A stretch of DNA of 64,000 nt from Eledone cirrhosa (GCA_964016885.1 OZ024742.1:314092001-314156000); one strand, 5' to 3'. Counted from the first letter of the stretch, positions 28,721 to 45,244 are shown. The notes: a model not told the origin generated them from the sequence alone. A program made the numbers and translations.

Positions 28721-29387
28721 CAAGATGTATGGTAGGTCGTACGTAAATCGCGATGATCACGCCTCACCTACCAAATATGCGACGGTAGCTAGTTAAGCTC
28801 TATGCGTATAAGCAGAGCAGAAATATTAATGAAAAAGAACAAAGAAACTTTTATGACATTATAACAAGTTTATTGCCGACAGCCGTTTCGTCCGACCATA
28901 TGGTGGGCCTTTTCAAGGCGTATAACAGGTAATTGTAAGTTCATTATTTTCATCAACGTTTCACTCAAGATTAGCAGTTTGAAATCGTGGTATACATCAA
29001 CAGCTCAGCTTGTATATTTGGGGTCTATATTCTAAGGGGGCTCTTTTATATTAGTTGTAAGAGTTGTAAAAGGCATAGGTTATAGGGAGTTAAGAGTTAA
29101 GGGATTGAAGGTTAAAAATTAAAGAATTTATAAGTTACGCATTAAACGTAAAAGACTTGGGATCACTTAAAAGCACCTTAAAAAATCCCTCAATAAGCGC
29201 ATAAAGCTTATAAGCCCCCAATAAACCTAAAAAACCAGAAGAGATTAAGAGAATAAAAAAATAAAAATAAAAAGTTTCCTAAAAAATTCCTTCAAAAGAA
29301 AAAAAAAAAAAATTTTCTAAGAAATTCCCTTAAAATTTTTTAGAAAATTTACGAAGATTTAATAATCCCTACGAAAGTTCTAAACTC

Positions 29388-29577
29388 AAAAATTAAAAAT
29401 TAAAAATTAAAAATTAAAAATTAAAAATTAAAAATTAAAAATTAAAAATTAAAAATTAAAAATTAAAAATTAAAAATTAAAAATTAAAAATTAAAAATTA
29501 AAAATTAAAAATTAAAAATTAAAAATTAAAAATTAAAAATTAAAAATTAAAAATTAAAAATTAAAAATTAAAAATTA
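29388..29577. repeat. (AAAAATT)n heptamer tandem array, ~27 units
   Basis: Read directly. Confidence 0.95.
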
Positions 29578-30157
29578 GGGAAAAGAACTTTCAATAAGAT
29601 TTAAGAGGTTAATAAAGTTAATGATTTAGGGAATCCATAAAATAAAGATTAAGATTTAAGTTAGGATTTGAAGTTTAAGAGTTCCAAACCCAGAAATTTA
29701 AAAATTTAATGAATTTAAGATTAAGCAATCTTATATATCCAAGATTAAAAATTAAAGATTAAGAGGTTGAACATTAAATTTAATTTTAAAAAATTGTTTT
29801 TTTAGGTTTATTGGGGCTTATAAGCTTTTAGGTTTATTGGGGCTTATAAGCTTTATGCGCTTATTGAGGGATTTTTTAAGGTGCTTTTAAGAGATCCCAA
29901 GTCTTTTACGTTTAATGCGTAACTTATAAATTCTTTAATTTTTAACCTTCAATCCCTAACTTTTAGGCCCTTTTCAAATTCTCTTAACTCCCTATAACCC
30001 ATCCCTTTTACAACTCGTACAACTAATATAAAAGAGCCCCCTTAGAATATAGACCCCAAATATACAAGCTGAGCTGTTGATGTATACCACGATTTCAAAC
30101 TGCTAACCTTGAGTGAAACGTTGATGAAAATAATGAACTTACAATTACCTGTTATAC

Positions 30158-30202
30158 GCCTTGAAAAGGCCCACCATATGGTCGGACGAAACGGCTGTCG
30201 GC
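30158..30202 (+). ncRNA. Hammerhead ribozyme, U3:A8 core (mirror copy at 28875-28919 on -)
   Basis: GCC-UUGAAAA-GGCCCACCAUAUGGUCGGAC-GAAAC GGCU GUC^GGC, followed by AAUAAA. Confidence 0.75.
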
Positions 30203-30268
30203 AATAAACTTATTATAATGTCATAAAAGTTCCTTTGTTCTTTTTCATTAATATATATATATATATAT

Positions 30269-30818
<550 letters not shown>

Positions 30819-30903
30819 TGGTACATAATCACACAAACACACATATACTTTAAATATATAGTTATGTATATGGATTGGTATTGTATCAATATAATTTTAT
30901 GTA

Positions 30904-30981
30904 CAGAGTGTTCCTAAAATGTGTACACATATTTATTAGAATGCTTTTGAAGTACGTATACATTTTGAGAGGAACACCCTA
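30904..30981. mobile_element. Tiny Tc1/mariner-type MITE
   Basis: TA-cagagtgttcct..aaaatgt / acatttt..aggaacaccct-ata. Confidence 0.5.
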
Positions 30982-31058
30982 TACATACAATTTAGTTACA
31001 CACACACACAAACAGACGCAAACACACACACACACACACATATATGTATATATACACT

Positions 31059-31109
<51 letters not shown>

Positions 31110-31553
31110 GTGCTGATGGTGGCGGTGTTGGTAGGGTGATGAGTATATGTGTGTGTATGTGTGTATATTAATTTTAAATCGCTTTAACGGAAAATATATA
31201 TGTAGAGAGATTACTGAGTGTAAATCAGAAGTTATTGATAGTATATGATGTGTAATTCACCCAAATGATACAGTTTGTTTTGACAGCTTGATTCAAAGGG
31301 AATGTTGCAATGTCATAAGACATTCCACAAAATCCTTCCTCTAGGATTAAGAAAATAATCTCTGTAATGGCAGTGAAATGTGAGAAGCATTTCTATTTAT
31401 CTTAGTTCGGGGAAGGAAAGGAGTAGGAATAAATATTATTCTGTAATAGTTTATAAAAATCCATAACAAATAATACACGACCAAACTTATCCTCCACACA
31501 CAAATATACTTCCCTGACACAGAAAAACAGGTAATACGTGGTGTGTGTGTATG

Positions 31554-33293
<1,740 letters not shown>

Positions 33294-33310
33294 CACACAC
33301 ATATATATAT

Positions 33311-33351
<41 letters not shown>

Positions 33352-33536
33352 TTATGCATACTCAAGTCCCACAAACTGTAGAGTGCTTCTTATCCGATAT
33401 CTGCATTGCTTTATTGTACTACAATAAAACTCACCTCCTACATTATATATATATATATATATATGCAACCACACACATACACACACACATACGTATATAT
33501 ATATATATATATATATATATGCATATATATACGCAT

Positions 33537-33597
<61 letters not shown>

Positions 33598-33707
33598 TAT
33601 ATATATATAGATTATATATATATATATATAAAATATATATATAATATATATATAATATATATATATATATAATATATATATAATACATATATATATATAT
33701 ATATATA

Positions 33708-33939
33708 TATAGAGAAAATTGAGGTTGGTAATGGCACATGGAATATATAAGAGACAGAATACTTTTTTGTGAAAAAACATAATTTTATAAGGTAAGGAAA
33801 TAATAATACCCTTTATTATTTCCTTACCTTATAAAATTATGTTTTTTCACAAAAAAGTATTCTGTCTCTTATATATTCCATGTGCCATTACCAACCTCAA
33901 TTTTCTCTATAACCTTCGTTTTGTGTAGAAAATTACACT

Positions 33940-33944
<5 letters not shown>
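33708..33944. mobile_element. Perfect hairpin insert (99-bp arms, 6-nt loop, 33-bp tail) in (TA)n
   Basis: agagaaaattgagg..taataa-taccct-ttatta..cctcaattttctct, then an unpaired tail. Confidence 0.85.
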
Positions 33945-34001
<57 letters not shown>

Positions 34002-34304
34002 TATATAATATATATAATATATATATATTTATAATGTATATATATATAATATATATATATATAATATATATATATAATATATAATATATATATATATATA
34101 TAATATATAATATATATATATAATATATAATATATATATATATATATAGTAAATTAATAAATGTTATTACAGTGTTACGCCGATTAAATCTAAACTCTGA
34201 AGTGATTAAAATAAGTAGACCTAATCAGAGTGTGAGAGTGGGGAGCGTAGAGAAAAGGACGATTTATCTATCGATCTACTTATTTATCTGTCTATCAATA
34301 TATC

Positions 34305-34440
<136 letters not shown>

Positions 34441-34596
34441 CGTGTATATATATGCATATGTACCCACATACACACACAAACACACACTCACACATATACA
34501 TATATATAAATATATACATTGAATTCAGAACTTTCTCACTCGAGAAAACTATATATTTTCGCCTATTTCAAATTCCATCATTGACCAGCCGAAGCA

Positions 34597-34637
34597 CTGC
34601 CCTGATGATAGCAAAAGCCTGAAACGCGCATAGACAG
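34597..34637 (+). ncRNA. Degenerate hammerhead motif within a decayed direct-repeat unit
   Basis: CUGAUGA-U AGC AAAA GCC U-GAAAC GC GCA; the cleavage triplet is mutated. Upstream flank is repeated at ~34890. Confidence 0.45.
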
Positions 34638-36140
34638 TTATCGCCAGTTGTGTCTGCTAGCACCCACTAGATGGTGCTAGCTGTCAGCCTTTCTATATTC
34701 ATAACTAGGCTTCAAAATATCTATTTATTAAACATCATACTTTATATCTTTAGAAGTACGAGATACACATACTTGTGTGTATACAGCAATATTGGAGCTA
34801 AATTTTAATTCTACTTTTAAGTTCAGCCAACTTACAGAGCTCCATATGCATATAAGGCTAATCAGCCCATCTACTCAGGCGAAGGAATCATATATTTTCG
34901 CCTGTTTCAAATTCGAGCAGCGAGCACTGCTGGAACCCGCTAGCCGGTTCTATCCGCCAGGCTTTCAATATTCATAGCTAGGCTTTCAAAATATATTATT
35001 TGTTAAACCTAGTGTATATCATTAGATATACAGAATTCACATATCTGTAGATATTTTCACAGAAATTGCATGTTAGGCAATCTAAAGTAAACTTACTGTA
35101 GTTAACTTAATGCCTGACCTTATGAATGACTTGTTTACAAATTAGATTACAATCATTTTTATTCTCTATCCCTCTTTCCCCCTTTCTTACTCTCTTCCTA
35201 TCACTCTCATTCACTTTGTAAAGTAAAACAATATCAATTTTAATAATTATTGATGAAAATATTCTGTGAAAACACTTGTATCCCTGAGTTCTTCTTGTCA
35301 TAAATATAGCGTATTTGTTCTGTTAATTTTGTGTATGTATATGTTGATAGGGGGTGAGACGGATACATGTATGGAGAGAGAGAAACTGATGTATAGCTAT
35401 CGAAAGTATATATATCTATATATATATATCTATAGTCAGATGAGTATGTGAACAATCGATAGACAGAAAAATATAAAGATAGATAGATAGATAGAAATAA
35501 AGAGATAGATAGATAGACAGAAAGACGGATATTTGACAGGAAAGAAGCAAGGAACAATATTAGAGAAAGTATAAAACGTTGTTCAGAAAGAAATCCTATA
35601 CATAAAAACAAAATGTGTTTGTGCAATATGATCTTAGAAGGCATTAATCATTAAAAGGTATAAGGGAAAATGCTCTATCTATCCGTTTGTTAATATTCTC
35701 ATTATTTCCGACCGGAACCAGCTGCCATCCAAACAGTTGAAAACCAAAACAAAATTTATGTACACAAATATGTGCTAACATTTACAATAATCCCTTGAAT
35801 AGGGTAAATAAATGATATTTGTAAGTTAGCCAGACTTAAACGCAAATAATTGTTTCATCTTGCTTGCAAATTTATGTTGATAAAGAATGATATCAATCGG
35901 GATGATGTCAATGTTTATACAGAAACATAATATCATGCATTGCAAAATATATAAAGATAAATAGATAGATTGATAGTGAGATAGATAAGAGGATGGATAG
36001 CGAAAGGTGGACAGACTACTGCTGCTTGTTTATATTCAACAGTTTGCACCTCAAAGCATAAACATTTTCTTGTCTCGGAATATGCGTGCAAGTATAACTG
36101 ACAAGGCAACCCACAAATGCATGTCACGCGATAATACGTG

Positions 36141-36185
<45 letters not shown>

Positions 36186-36186
36186 T

Positions 36187-36243
<57 letters not shown>

Positions 36244-36299
36244 GAGATAGATATATAGTTAGTTAACAAGGCAGATAGAAATATAAAAGCATTTAATTC

Positions 36300-36615
36300 A
36301 TTCGCCTGCCATCCACCACTCGGATCTAAAATACTTGAACTTCTCCACCTGCTTCAGTGGAACTCCACTCACCATGTAGAGTGCACTGAGTAGGCTTCTC
36401 TGAGAGCATGTGTGTCTCAGTCTTCGCAGCACTTATTTTCATTGTTGCCGTGCAAAACTCGGCAGCAAATCTATCAATTGTATGTTGGAGATCATCTTCT
36501 GACGAGATAAGTACTGTCATATCACCTGCGAATTTCAGCTGATTGATCCTACAGCCACCAGACATGATATCCATATACATGCCAATCATGTTCATTATGA
36601 ACAGGAGAGGTGACT
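36300..36615 (-). mobile_element. RTE-like RT fragment
   Basis: SPLLFI..LKFAGD..DLQHTIDRFAAE..MKISAAKTE. Confidence 0.7.
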
Positions 36616-37374
36616 TTGGCGGCGCACATGAGTCAGCAAGCAACTATCTTCTCTATTTAAGACTTTATTACATCATTTGCCGAATTTCACTCCCACTCTA
36701 CCAACTAACCTTGCTACATTAAAGCTTTTTAATTGCTCTTGTTACCTCGGCGAATTAGAAGTTAGTCGTCGCTCGCAGATACACCGTGTATACATCAGAA
36801 GATGCTGTTCTACCCGGGTTTGGGAGATGAGCAAAGCACTCTCTCCGACTCGCGCGGAGAACCCCTGACGCGTTTCTGGTAACAGCCGTGGAGGAGAACG
36901 CCTTATTACGAAGTCAGCGGATAGTCTGCCAGAATACTTTATTTGCTGATCTGAAACCGGATTCTACCTGAACGCCAGAGATTTTACATATCTTAATTTG
37001 AACGTCTTTACTGTCTCTGCTGAGACCTTTCGCGCCTGTTTGTACCACAAGTGCAAGAAGCAGGACTTATTTCCAGGCCAAGCTTTGTAATTCTCCTTCA
37101 TTGCTCAGATGATTAAACCAAACAATTATCTTCTCATTCGGCCCCACATTCAACCTCTTTCGCTTGCAGGCTTTAACAGCTTAAGCAGGAACTGTCACGC
37201 TAAATAGATAGCTCGAGCCGAACCACCCAGTCCTTTAGGTTTTCTTGGATTTAGGTTGTCAACTTAAGTTGACAAATCAACCACTCTCTTAATACGAACA
37301 TTCAGCACAGAATCGAAGAGATCGGAGACAATAACGTAAGAGGGTGTATAAGAATGTATATGAATAATTGCATG

Positions 37375-37444
<70 letters not shown>

Positions 37445-37447
<3 letters not shown>

Positions 37448-39470
37448 GACGCGTGGGTTGGATGGGTGGAGGTGAAGTCAAGGTAAAATTGGGAGTCTGT
37501 TGGTTTAATGAATATGGAAGTAGAGAAGGTGTGGTGAAAGTGATTAATAGATAGAGAGATATCTAGAAAAGCGACAGAAGTATCGGAAACGGAGGCGGTG
37601 AAATTGAGAGCAGGATGGAAAGATTAAACAAAAGAAAGAAAACAGTCGAGCTGTTCTAGTGATAGAGAGGTGGCGCCGATACAGTCGTCGATATAACGAC
37701 CGTATAGCTCAGGAGTCGGTCCAGCGTACTGGGAGAAGATCTGGCTTCGACGTAGCCAACAAACAAGTTGGCATAGTTTGGACCCATTCTGGTCCCCATC
37801 GCTACCCTAGAGACCTGCTGATAAAGTTCACCCGAAAAAGAAAATCCATTGAGGGTGAGAACAAGCTCAGCCAGACGGAGAAGAGTGGTAGTGCTGGGGT
37901 AAGGGTAGGGCGTAAATCTAAAAAAATGTTGGAGAGCGCGGAGACGGTCATCATAAGGGATGACGGTATAGAGAGAGGTGATGTCCAGGAGAAAGAGTTG
38001 AAGAGTCTAAGGACATAATTTGTATCGTGGATGAGGGAGGGGAGGTTGCCGACCAACGGGGCGAGGATGGTGTCTAAATATTCAGAAATTATCTCGGTGG
38101 GGCAGATGTTCGCAGAAACGATAGGACGGCCAGGATTATTTTTTTTGTGTATTTTGTGGAGGAAGTAGATGGTGGGTGTGCGAGGGGCGCGTACAATAAT
38201 GTTGGTGGCTGTGGGGGTAGGAGAGAGGAGGAGATGAGCTAGTGGATGGTGGAGGACATGAGTTATTGGTTGCCAGTAGTGGGATCGGAGGATGAAGGGC
38301 GGTAAACAAGAGTATTGTGAAGCTGGTGGAGAGCCTCAACCCTATAGAGGTCAACGCTCCAAACCACCACAGCTCCACTATTGTCAGCGCGTTTGATGAC
38401 AATGTCATGGCGACGCCGAAGGTTGCGAAGAGCGGAGAGCTCAGTCCGCGTGATATTAGAGCGACGAGAATGCTGATGGAAACGGAACCGATTCACAGTA
38501 CGCCGGCAAGTATCGACAAAGGAGTCGAGCGTGCTGAACTGACCAGAGCTCAGCGTCCAATGTGATTGCCGACGACTGAGACAAGTGAAGTCATCCGTCT
38601 GTGTCGATGATGGTGTATCGGGAAAAAAAGCTTTCAGCTTTAATCGACGGAAGAACCCTTCAATCTCGGCATGTGTGCGGAACTCGTCGCAGGTAGATGT
38701 GGGTTAGTATAAAACGCAAACCATGGGCGAGGAAGGAGCGCTCAACTTCGTAGAGTGGTAGGTCCTGGGGCATGGTGACTACAGTGCAGGGACGTGAGGG
38801 AGTGAAAGAGGCAGAGGCGGATGGGTCAAGGTGGTTGGGCAAAGCGTGTGCAGATTCAGTGGTGGGGAGAGTAAAGGGGGTGGTAGGTGACGCGATAGAG
38901 GGGTTAGGGTTGGAGTTGATATGAGTATGGGTGGTGACGGCAGGCGGGGAGCGGAGAGGGTCGAGTTTGTGGTTTTTTTACGGAAGTGAGGAAATTGAAA
39001 AGGAGGCGATTGAGGTAAAGGATGAATTGGATAAGGGATTGGGCGAGGAAAGGGTGGCAAGTGGAGGAGAGATGGAGGTAGGCCCTGGGGAGTTCTCGGT
39101 CGCGAGAACGGATTTGGGCGAGAGTTGATTGAATGGCCGCCCGCATGAGCTGGCGAGAGGTGCGGGTAAGGATGGCTCAGTGGTGGGAGCAGAGTAAGAG
39201 GTGGGGGTGAAACTTGAGGCGGCAAACGCGGGGAATGAGGTGGTGGTGGAGACAGCGACTTAAAAATGTGATGTGACTGTTGTATCGTGTTTTGGTGAAG
39301 ATGAGGTTGGAAAGATGCAGGGAGGATTTGATGCATATAGGGGGTGGGGGGTTAGAGGAAGCGCTTGAGAGTAGAATGGAGCTGGCGGAGAATAGATTTG
39401 AGATTGGGCATATTGAAGGTACTAGGGTGGCAGTGTAAAATAGACGGGTGTGAAGAAATATATCTTTCTC
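37445..39470 (-). mobile_element. Penelope-like element, N-terminus plus RT, decayed and 3'-truncated
   Basis: [80 protein letters not shown]. Confidence 0.9.
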
Positions 39471-39509
39471 TGTGTCTCTCTATATATATAGAAAGGGAGA
39501 GAGATGGAG

Positions 39510-39540
<31 letters not shown>

Positions 39541-40734
39541 TAGATAGAGAGAGAGATAGAGATATATAGATAGATAGATAGATATATGCAAGTATATTTT
39601 CACCTTTATACACTTAATTCATTTGGACCTCACAAGCTTTTAAATAATGGTACTTGTTGAATTTAAAATTAGAACAATGAACTATTGAAACACTTGAAAT
39701 TAGTGTAGGCTGTGTTTAGCTGTTTACACGATATCCAGTACATTTTCCCTGATATTTGTATATTATTCTATGTACTATACATGCACCTTTGATGAGTTGC
39801 AGTGCACCTGAGAACTGTACACAATACTTTCAATATTATTATTATATTATCACCATACTCACTCCTTCTCACTTTATCTCCTTCATTCCCTCTCCTTTGT
39901 ATAATATATACTACCATAGCGCATGCTCACTGGCACATCCCATACACAGACACATACCTACATACGCACAGACACTCATATAAAAAACTAAATATTTATA
40001 AAAATAAAATACCTATTTAGCTATTCAAATGATAAAAAAAATCTGCTGGAAATAAATATGAAAGGTTTCAGTGTGTATGTAGTACAAAAATGTTAAAAAC
40101 GTTAGACGGAAAGAAACTGAAATGCCGAAAAATATATTTTCTAAAAATGGATTTGGATATTATTTATCTCTACTATAGCTGCATAAAAATACAAATTGAA
40201 AGACGTTTCAGAGAAAAAATTCAAAAGAATGATTTCACAACACAGCATTTTTCATTTTTTTGTCCTCGAATCAATTTCTTGTTACAATAATAGCAAAATC
40301 TACGGAAACAAATTTCAGTTAAGATGCACTCGAAATTTTTCACGTTAAATATAAAATATCAAATTTGCTGAAAATATTGTTTAGATATTCAAAAGTGTAT
40401 AGCATTTAAAAAACCTTAGGGGTACGAAAGGCAAGCAAACGTAAGGTTTTTATATAATATTTAATACAGAAATTTGAATACTGTGCATTCATGTCGACAA
40501 TATAAATATAAACACGTCTGCTGCATAGTTTTTATTTCTCTATATAGGGTGAATAAAAAAGTCCGAAATATTTTATAAGTACTTTTACAATTACATTTTC
40601 TTATATATATATATATAAATATATATATACATACACACACACATAGGTATATATGAATATATGTATCCATACACACATACATAGGTATATATGAATATAT
40701 ATATATGTATATATATATAAATATATATATATAT

Positions 40735-41340
40735 ATAAATGGAATAGAATGAAACGAAATTTCATTTCTCACTCTTAGTACGGCACTTACTTAAATGTAA
40801 GTATGTATGTATATATATGTACATACATATATGTATACAGACGTACAGTAGTATGTATATATATATTCATACATGCACACATATATATATGCACGTATCG
40901 GTTTACCGAACATTTATTATAACAGCCCGGATTACGCCATACAGTGTTTAGGCAACAACGTCACCTTTTTGTCCAACACTGACACAGGAACGATGTACTA
41001 GTTTCAAGCTTATTAGCTATCGTCAGCATCGTATACCTTCCTGCCAGATGGTTGAACGTCTGAAAGTATATACTTTCCTTATGCATATTAACGGCTGAGC
41101 AGCCTAATTTGCATATCGAGTGAGTTCAGTCGGCTGGGCGCACCGAAAACGATAAATGGAATAGAATGAAACGAAATTTCATTTCTCACTCTTAGTACGG
41201 CACTTACTTAAATTCTATTCCGTTCGGTAATGTTCGGTAAACCGATACGTGCATATATATATGTGTGTGCATGTATGTATATATATACATACTACTGTAC
41301 GTCTGTATACATATATGTATGTACGTATACATACATACTT

Positions 41341-41344
<4 letters not shown>
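40735..41344 (-). mobile_element. HHR element with direct (40735-40796 / 41152-41213) and inverted (40796-40914 / 41229-41344) repeats
   Basis: Repeats read directly, TA-rich flanks, HHR inside. Confidence 0.8.
40990..41032 (-). ncRNA. Type I hammerhead ribozyme, intact
   Basis: ACGAUG-CUGACGA-U AGCU AAUA AGCU U-GAAAC UA GUA^CAUCGU, with a 6-bp stem I. Confidence 0.88.
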
Positions 41345-41405
<61 letters not shown>

Positions 41406-41409
41406 TATA

Positions 41410-41915
41410 GTTTTGCGAGGTTTTTTATATGAAATCGTGTGTCGAAACAGATATTGTTATATTTGGGGAGGGTCATATTTGCGTAATATTGCCAGAATTA
41501 ATAACAGAACACACTCACTGTTTGGTTGGTTTTCGCTTCTTGCGCAAAGAAGACAAAATAAAATAAGATAAACAAACAAGCAAATAAATAAATAAATATA
41601 TAGACAGACTGAACAAAAAAATGGCGTAGACATACAACACAACAGGAGGAACAATGAATATAACACCACTGACGATGTTGCAGATGTGCAACGAAAGATT
41701 TATGTAAACTATATATATATGTGTTTGTCTATATTGTATCTGTATTATTTTTGACCGCCGGTCAGTCAATGGCAACATTGAGGACCGAGTAAGCTAGATC
41801 GCAGATATATATATATAAAAGACAGCGAGAAGCGAAAACCAACCAAACAGTGAGTGTGTTCTGTTATTAATTCTGGCAATATTACGCAAATATGACCCTC
41901 CCCAAATATAACAAT
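41410..41915. mobile_element. Family B HHR inverted-repeat element, copy 1
   Basis: Arms ~41453-41544 / 41826-41915, tail at left. HHR at 41666-41705 (+): CA-CUGACGA-U GUUGCA GAUG UGCAAC-GAAAG AU UUA^UG. Confidence 0.82.
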
Positions 41916-42399
41916 ACATATATATATATATATAGTTAAAAATGAACGAACAAAACACAGGAGGCAACAAATATATAATCTATCTCTTTGTATATCTTAT
42001 TCAATTAACCTTCTCATAAATCAAATTTAACACAAATTGTGTTTATCCATACGAGATCTTTTTATAAATGAATTATGTTTGCTGATCCTTTGTTTTCAAA
42101 TCATAAATAGATTCCAGAAGTTTCCGTGAGTAAGAATGACAATTTTAATTTTATGAACATGATTGTTATATATACATACATTTAAAAATGTTTCCTGCAA
42201 AATATAAATTTTTAAATATGTTAAAGAGAAACGGTCTATGTTTCTATTGTCTACCTTTCCATATTTCTGTTGAGATGGAGCCTGTAACGAATAAGGTTGT
42301 CATGTTACTGCTACCAGTTTTGTAACGCCTAAAGATTCGGTCTCTAGCAGCAAACTACATGAGGAAGATAGCACTGTTATGTAATTTTCGTCCTTCTGG

Positions 42400-42620
42400 T
42401 GAATATTTATGATACCAAGAGTCTCGGTAGCTGAACAATGAGTCAATGGATACTGATTTTCCTCCACATTTGATATGTTGTTTTGGGTGGATTGCTTCCA
42501 CTGTGATGACCGAGCTTTGGTTTCCGATTCTTCTATGTACAGCCATCTCTCCACTCCAGTTATTCTAGTTTCATAATATTCAGTAACTAAGTGTCCTTGT
42601 TTTAAGTACCAGGTACAATG
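42400..42620 (-). mobile_element. Decayed mariner transposase fragment
   Basis: RITGVERWLYIEESETKARSSQWK resembles mariner IxTGDETWxYxYEPETKxQSSQWK. Confidence 0.6.
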
Positions 42621-43047
42621 AGAATGCGAGAAATACGACGTACACACATCATACTTTGACTACATAATAGCGAGCTCACCACACACACGCACACATATAT
42701 ATATATATCAATTGAAAAAACGGAGTTAACGACTCGCCTTAATCCCCTGTAATTTTATGAGCTCAAGGAATAAATCACCGAGCTCTTAGTAATACAGTAT
42801 ACAGAGAAGGAAATACAAAAAGCGGCATGCTTTCAATTACAGGGGGTAGAGAACCACTATAGTGAAGGATATAAGGTCTACGAAAAGTGGAGAAAATACA
42901 TAATAATTAAAAGGTAACATTAAAATGTAAAAAAACTCACCTTTATAACTATACTACACTTAGACATTCCCAACGAAGAGAATGCTGGTACCGTACCTTC
43001 TCAAGGCTTGTCAACAGGTGTAAAGAAGATATAAATATATATATATA

Positions 43048-43999
43048 AAGTGGTGGACTGGGTCTAAAAATATTGGTTGCCAGGAGATGAAGGGGACCCA
43101 CCTACATATAGAATGCTATCATTTAACTTATTTTAATGAATAAATAACATTTTCAAAAAATGCATAAGTGGAAACAAAACAGTGCAATCAAATTTTTGCG
43201 GAAAAATATTTTACCTTCTTCAATAAAAAATATTATGTATTTTGCGAAATCCAGAGATTTTCAATAATAACCAGAAATCAACCCTAAATATTACTAATAG
43301 CTCTAGGAAAGCCATGAACGTCACCACATATTTTCAGTTTTTTATATTGGTTGTAACATAAAAACTGAAAAAGGTCATATGTACCACTTGATCAGGATTG
43401 AACCCAAGGTCAGGATCACTAGTACCTACCGCTAGGCCACAGAGACAACTACGAAAGTCTTATGAAAATTCATACTTATAAACCTACTTTCAAAACAAAA
43501 TGTGTGGTTTCGTTCATGTCTTTCTTAATGTTATTGCTCCTACTTAAAGTCGACTTCTAAATAATGTGGGTGTTCAATAAACTACATCTTCCTTTGGTTT
43601 CTCATCTATCTAGACTACATTTTAACCTGTAATCCATGTTTAATTTCTTATCCACCTCATCCCCCCCACCTCTCTGTGATATTTGAATCTAGTTATTCCT
43701 ATATATATGTTTTTGCATGTCAGTTAGACTCAAACTTACAATGATTGGTATTATACAGTGGCGGACATCTAAAAATATTGGTTGCCAGATGAAGGTGGCC
43801 CAGCTACATATACAATACTATCATTGAATTTTTATAATGAATAAATAACATTTAAAAAAAATATTAGTGGAAACAAAACGGTGTAATCAATTTTTTGCAG
43901 GAAAATATCTTACCTTCTCCCCCCCCCCCAAAAAAAATGTTTTTTTGCAAAATCCAGAGACTTTCAATAATAACTCACTCAAAAAATATATATATATAT

Positions 44000-44053
<54 letters not shown>

Positions 44054-44356
44054 TTGCATGCATGAAAATGAATACACTAAGCTTTAGATTTAGTAGAATG
44101 TACAATCACTGATTCCAGCTATTTGCATTATCGTATATTTTAGTTTCTAATAATTCCCTGGGGAATTGGTTACTTGTTTTATTTGTTTTTTAAAAAATGT
44201 TATTCTTTCTCTTAGATCTCAGGTATATTTTGAAGCAAAGCATTGGCCCCTAAAATACTACAGAGGGCCCTGCAATGCTACTGTGGGGTCCTGCAATGCT
44301 ACCGTGGGATCCTTGGGGCCCACTTGCCATTGGGCAACCTGGCCAGTCCGCCACTG
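43048..44356. mobile_element. hAT-like non-autonomous element with a duplicated left end
   Basis: Termini (c)agtggtggactgg and cagtggcggac at 43048 and 43756 versus ccagtccgccactg at 44356. ~220-bp direct repeat. No clear TSD. Confidence 0.55.
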
Positions 44357-44394
<38 letters not shown>

Positions 44395-44737
44395 AGTGTG
44401 CTTTGTTTTTGGTGAGCTCGCTATCTTGTAGTCAAAGTGTGAAGTGCGTACATCGGATTCCTCGCATTTTCGTTACGCCTGGTACATAATACAAGGACTA
44501 TTACTGTGTGTGCTTGTGTGTAAGATTATAGGCGGAAGTAAGGTGAACAGCATTTATATAAGGTACCCACCATTCTCCCCATTATTATAGTATATATATA
44601 TTATCACATACACATATATATGTGGAAACGTAAAAATATACATTCACGCGCAGAGGCTCACAACCAGGCGCACACAATCTCATTCTAATTTTTGCCTTTG
44701 GATTTCTGTACTTCATTATATATATCTGTACTTCATT

Positions 44738-44914
44738 GGATTGGCAGTATCGGTAGAGGGTCGGACGACATGCTTTGACGCATAGAGTTACGGCCCTTGC
44801 CATTCTCAGTTCAAATCCCGCTGAGGTTAACTTTGCCTTTAATCCTTACGGGGTCAATAACATAAAGTACCAGTAATACACTGAGATAATTGCTGGCCTT
44901 GTGCCAAAAGTAGA

Positions 44915-44920
<6 letters not shown>
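44738..44920 (+). mobile_element. tRNA-derived SINE
   Basis: Consensus match. Confidence 0.88.
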
Positions 44921-44949
<29 letters not shown>

Positions 44950-45244
44950 ATTTATAACCTTTTATTTTTTATTTATCCACTTTGTAATTCTTATATTTTT
45001 GGCAACTTTGTGTCTACGAAGTTTTGTATGAATATAATTTAGTAATTTGAATTATAATAATCCTCTGCAAATTTGCATAGTTTATACATACAATTTGCAT
45101 AAGATTTGCACAATTGAATATTTGCATAAATTACACATTTGCACAATTACAATTCCTGCATCTGGCATTATATATCATTTGGTATATTTCACTTTACTTT
45201 ATTGTAAAATTGTACTAAATATACCAAGTAATGTTTTCTGATTT

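Larger units (their letters stand above)
28718..30254. mobile_element. HHR-bearing inverted-repeat element: ~415-bp arms, ~100-bp tail at left, heptamer array in the spacer
   Basis: Arms 28822-29235 / 29797-30254, (TA)n flanks, HHRs at 28875-28919 (-) and 30158-30202 (+). Confidence 0.85.

Noticed and set aside
29388-29630. Interstitial telomere
   Set aside because: The unit is a 7-mer TTAAAAA with only isolated TTAGGG.
43385-43450. tRNA gene candidates here, at ~23858-23912 and in the SINE heads
   Set aside because: Only A/B-box remnants with no cloverleaf; these are SINE-derived.
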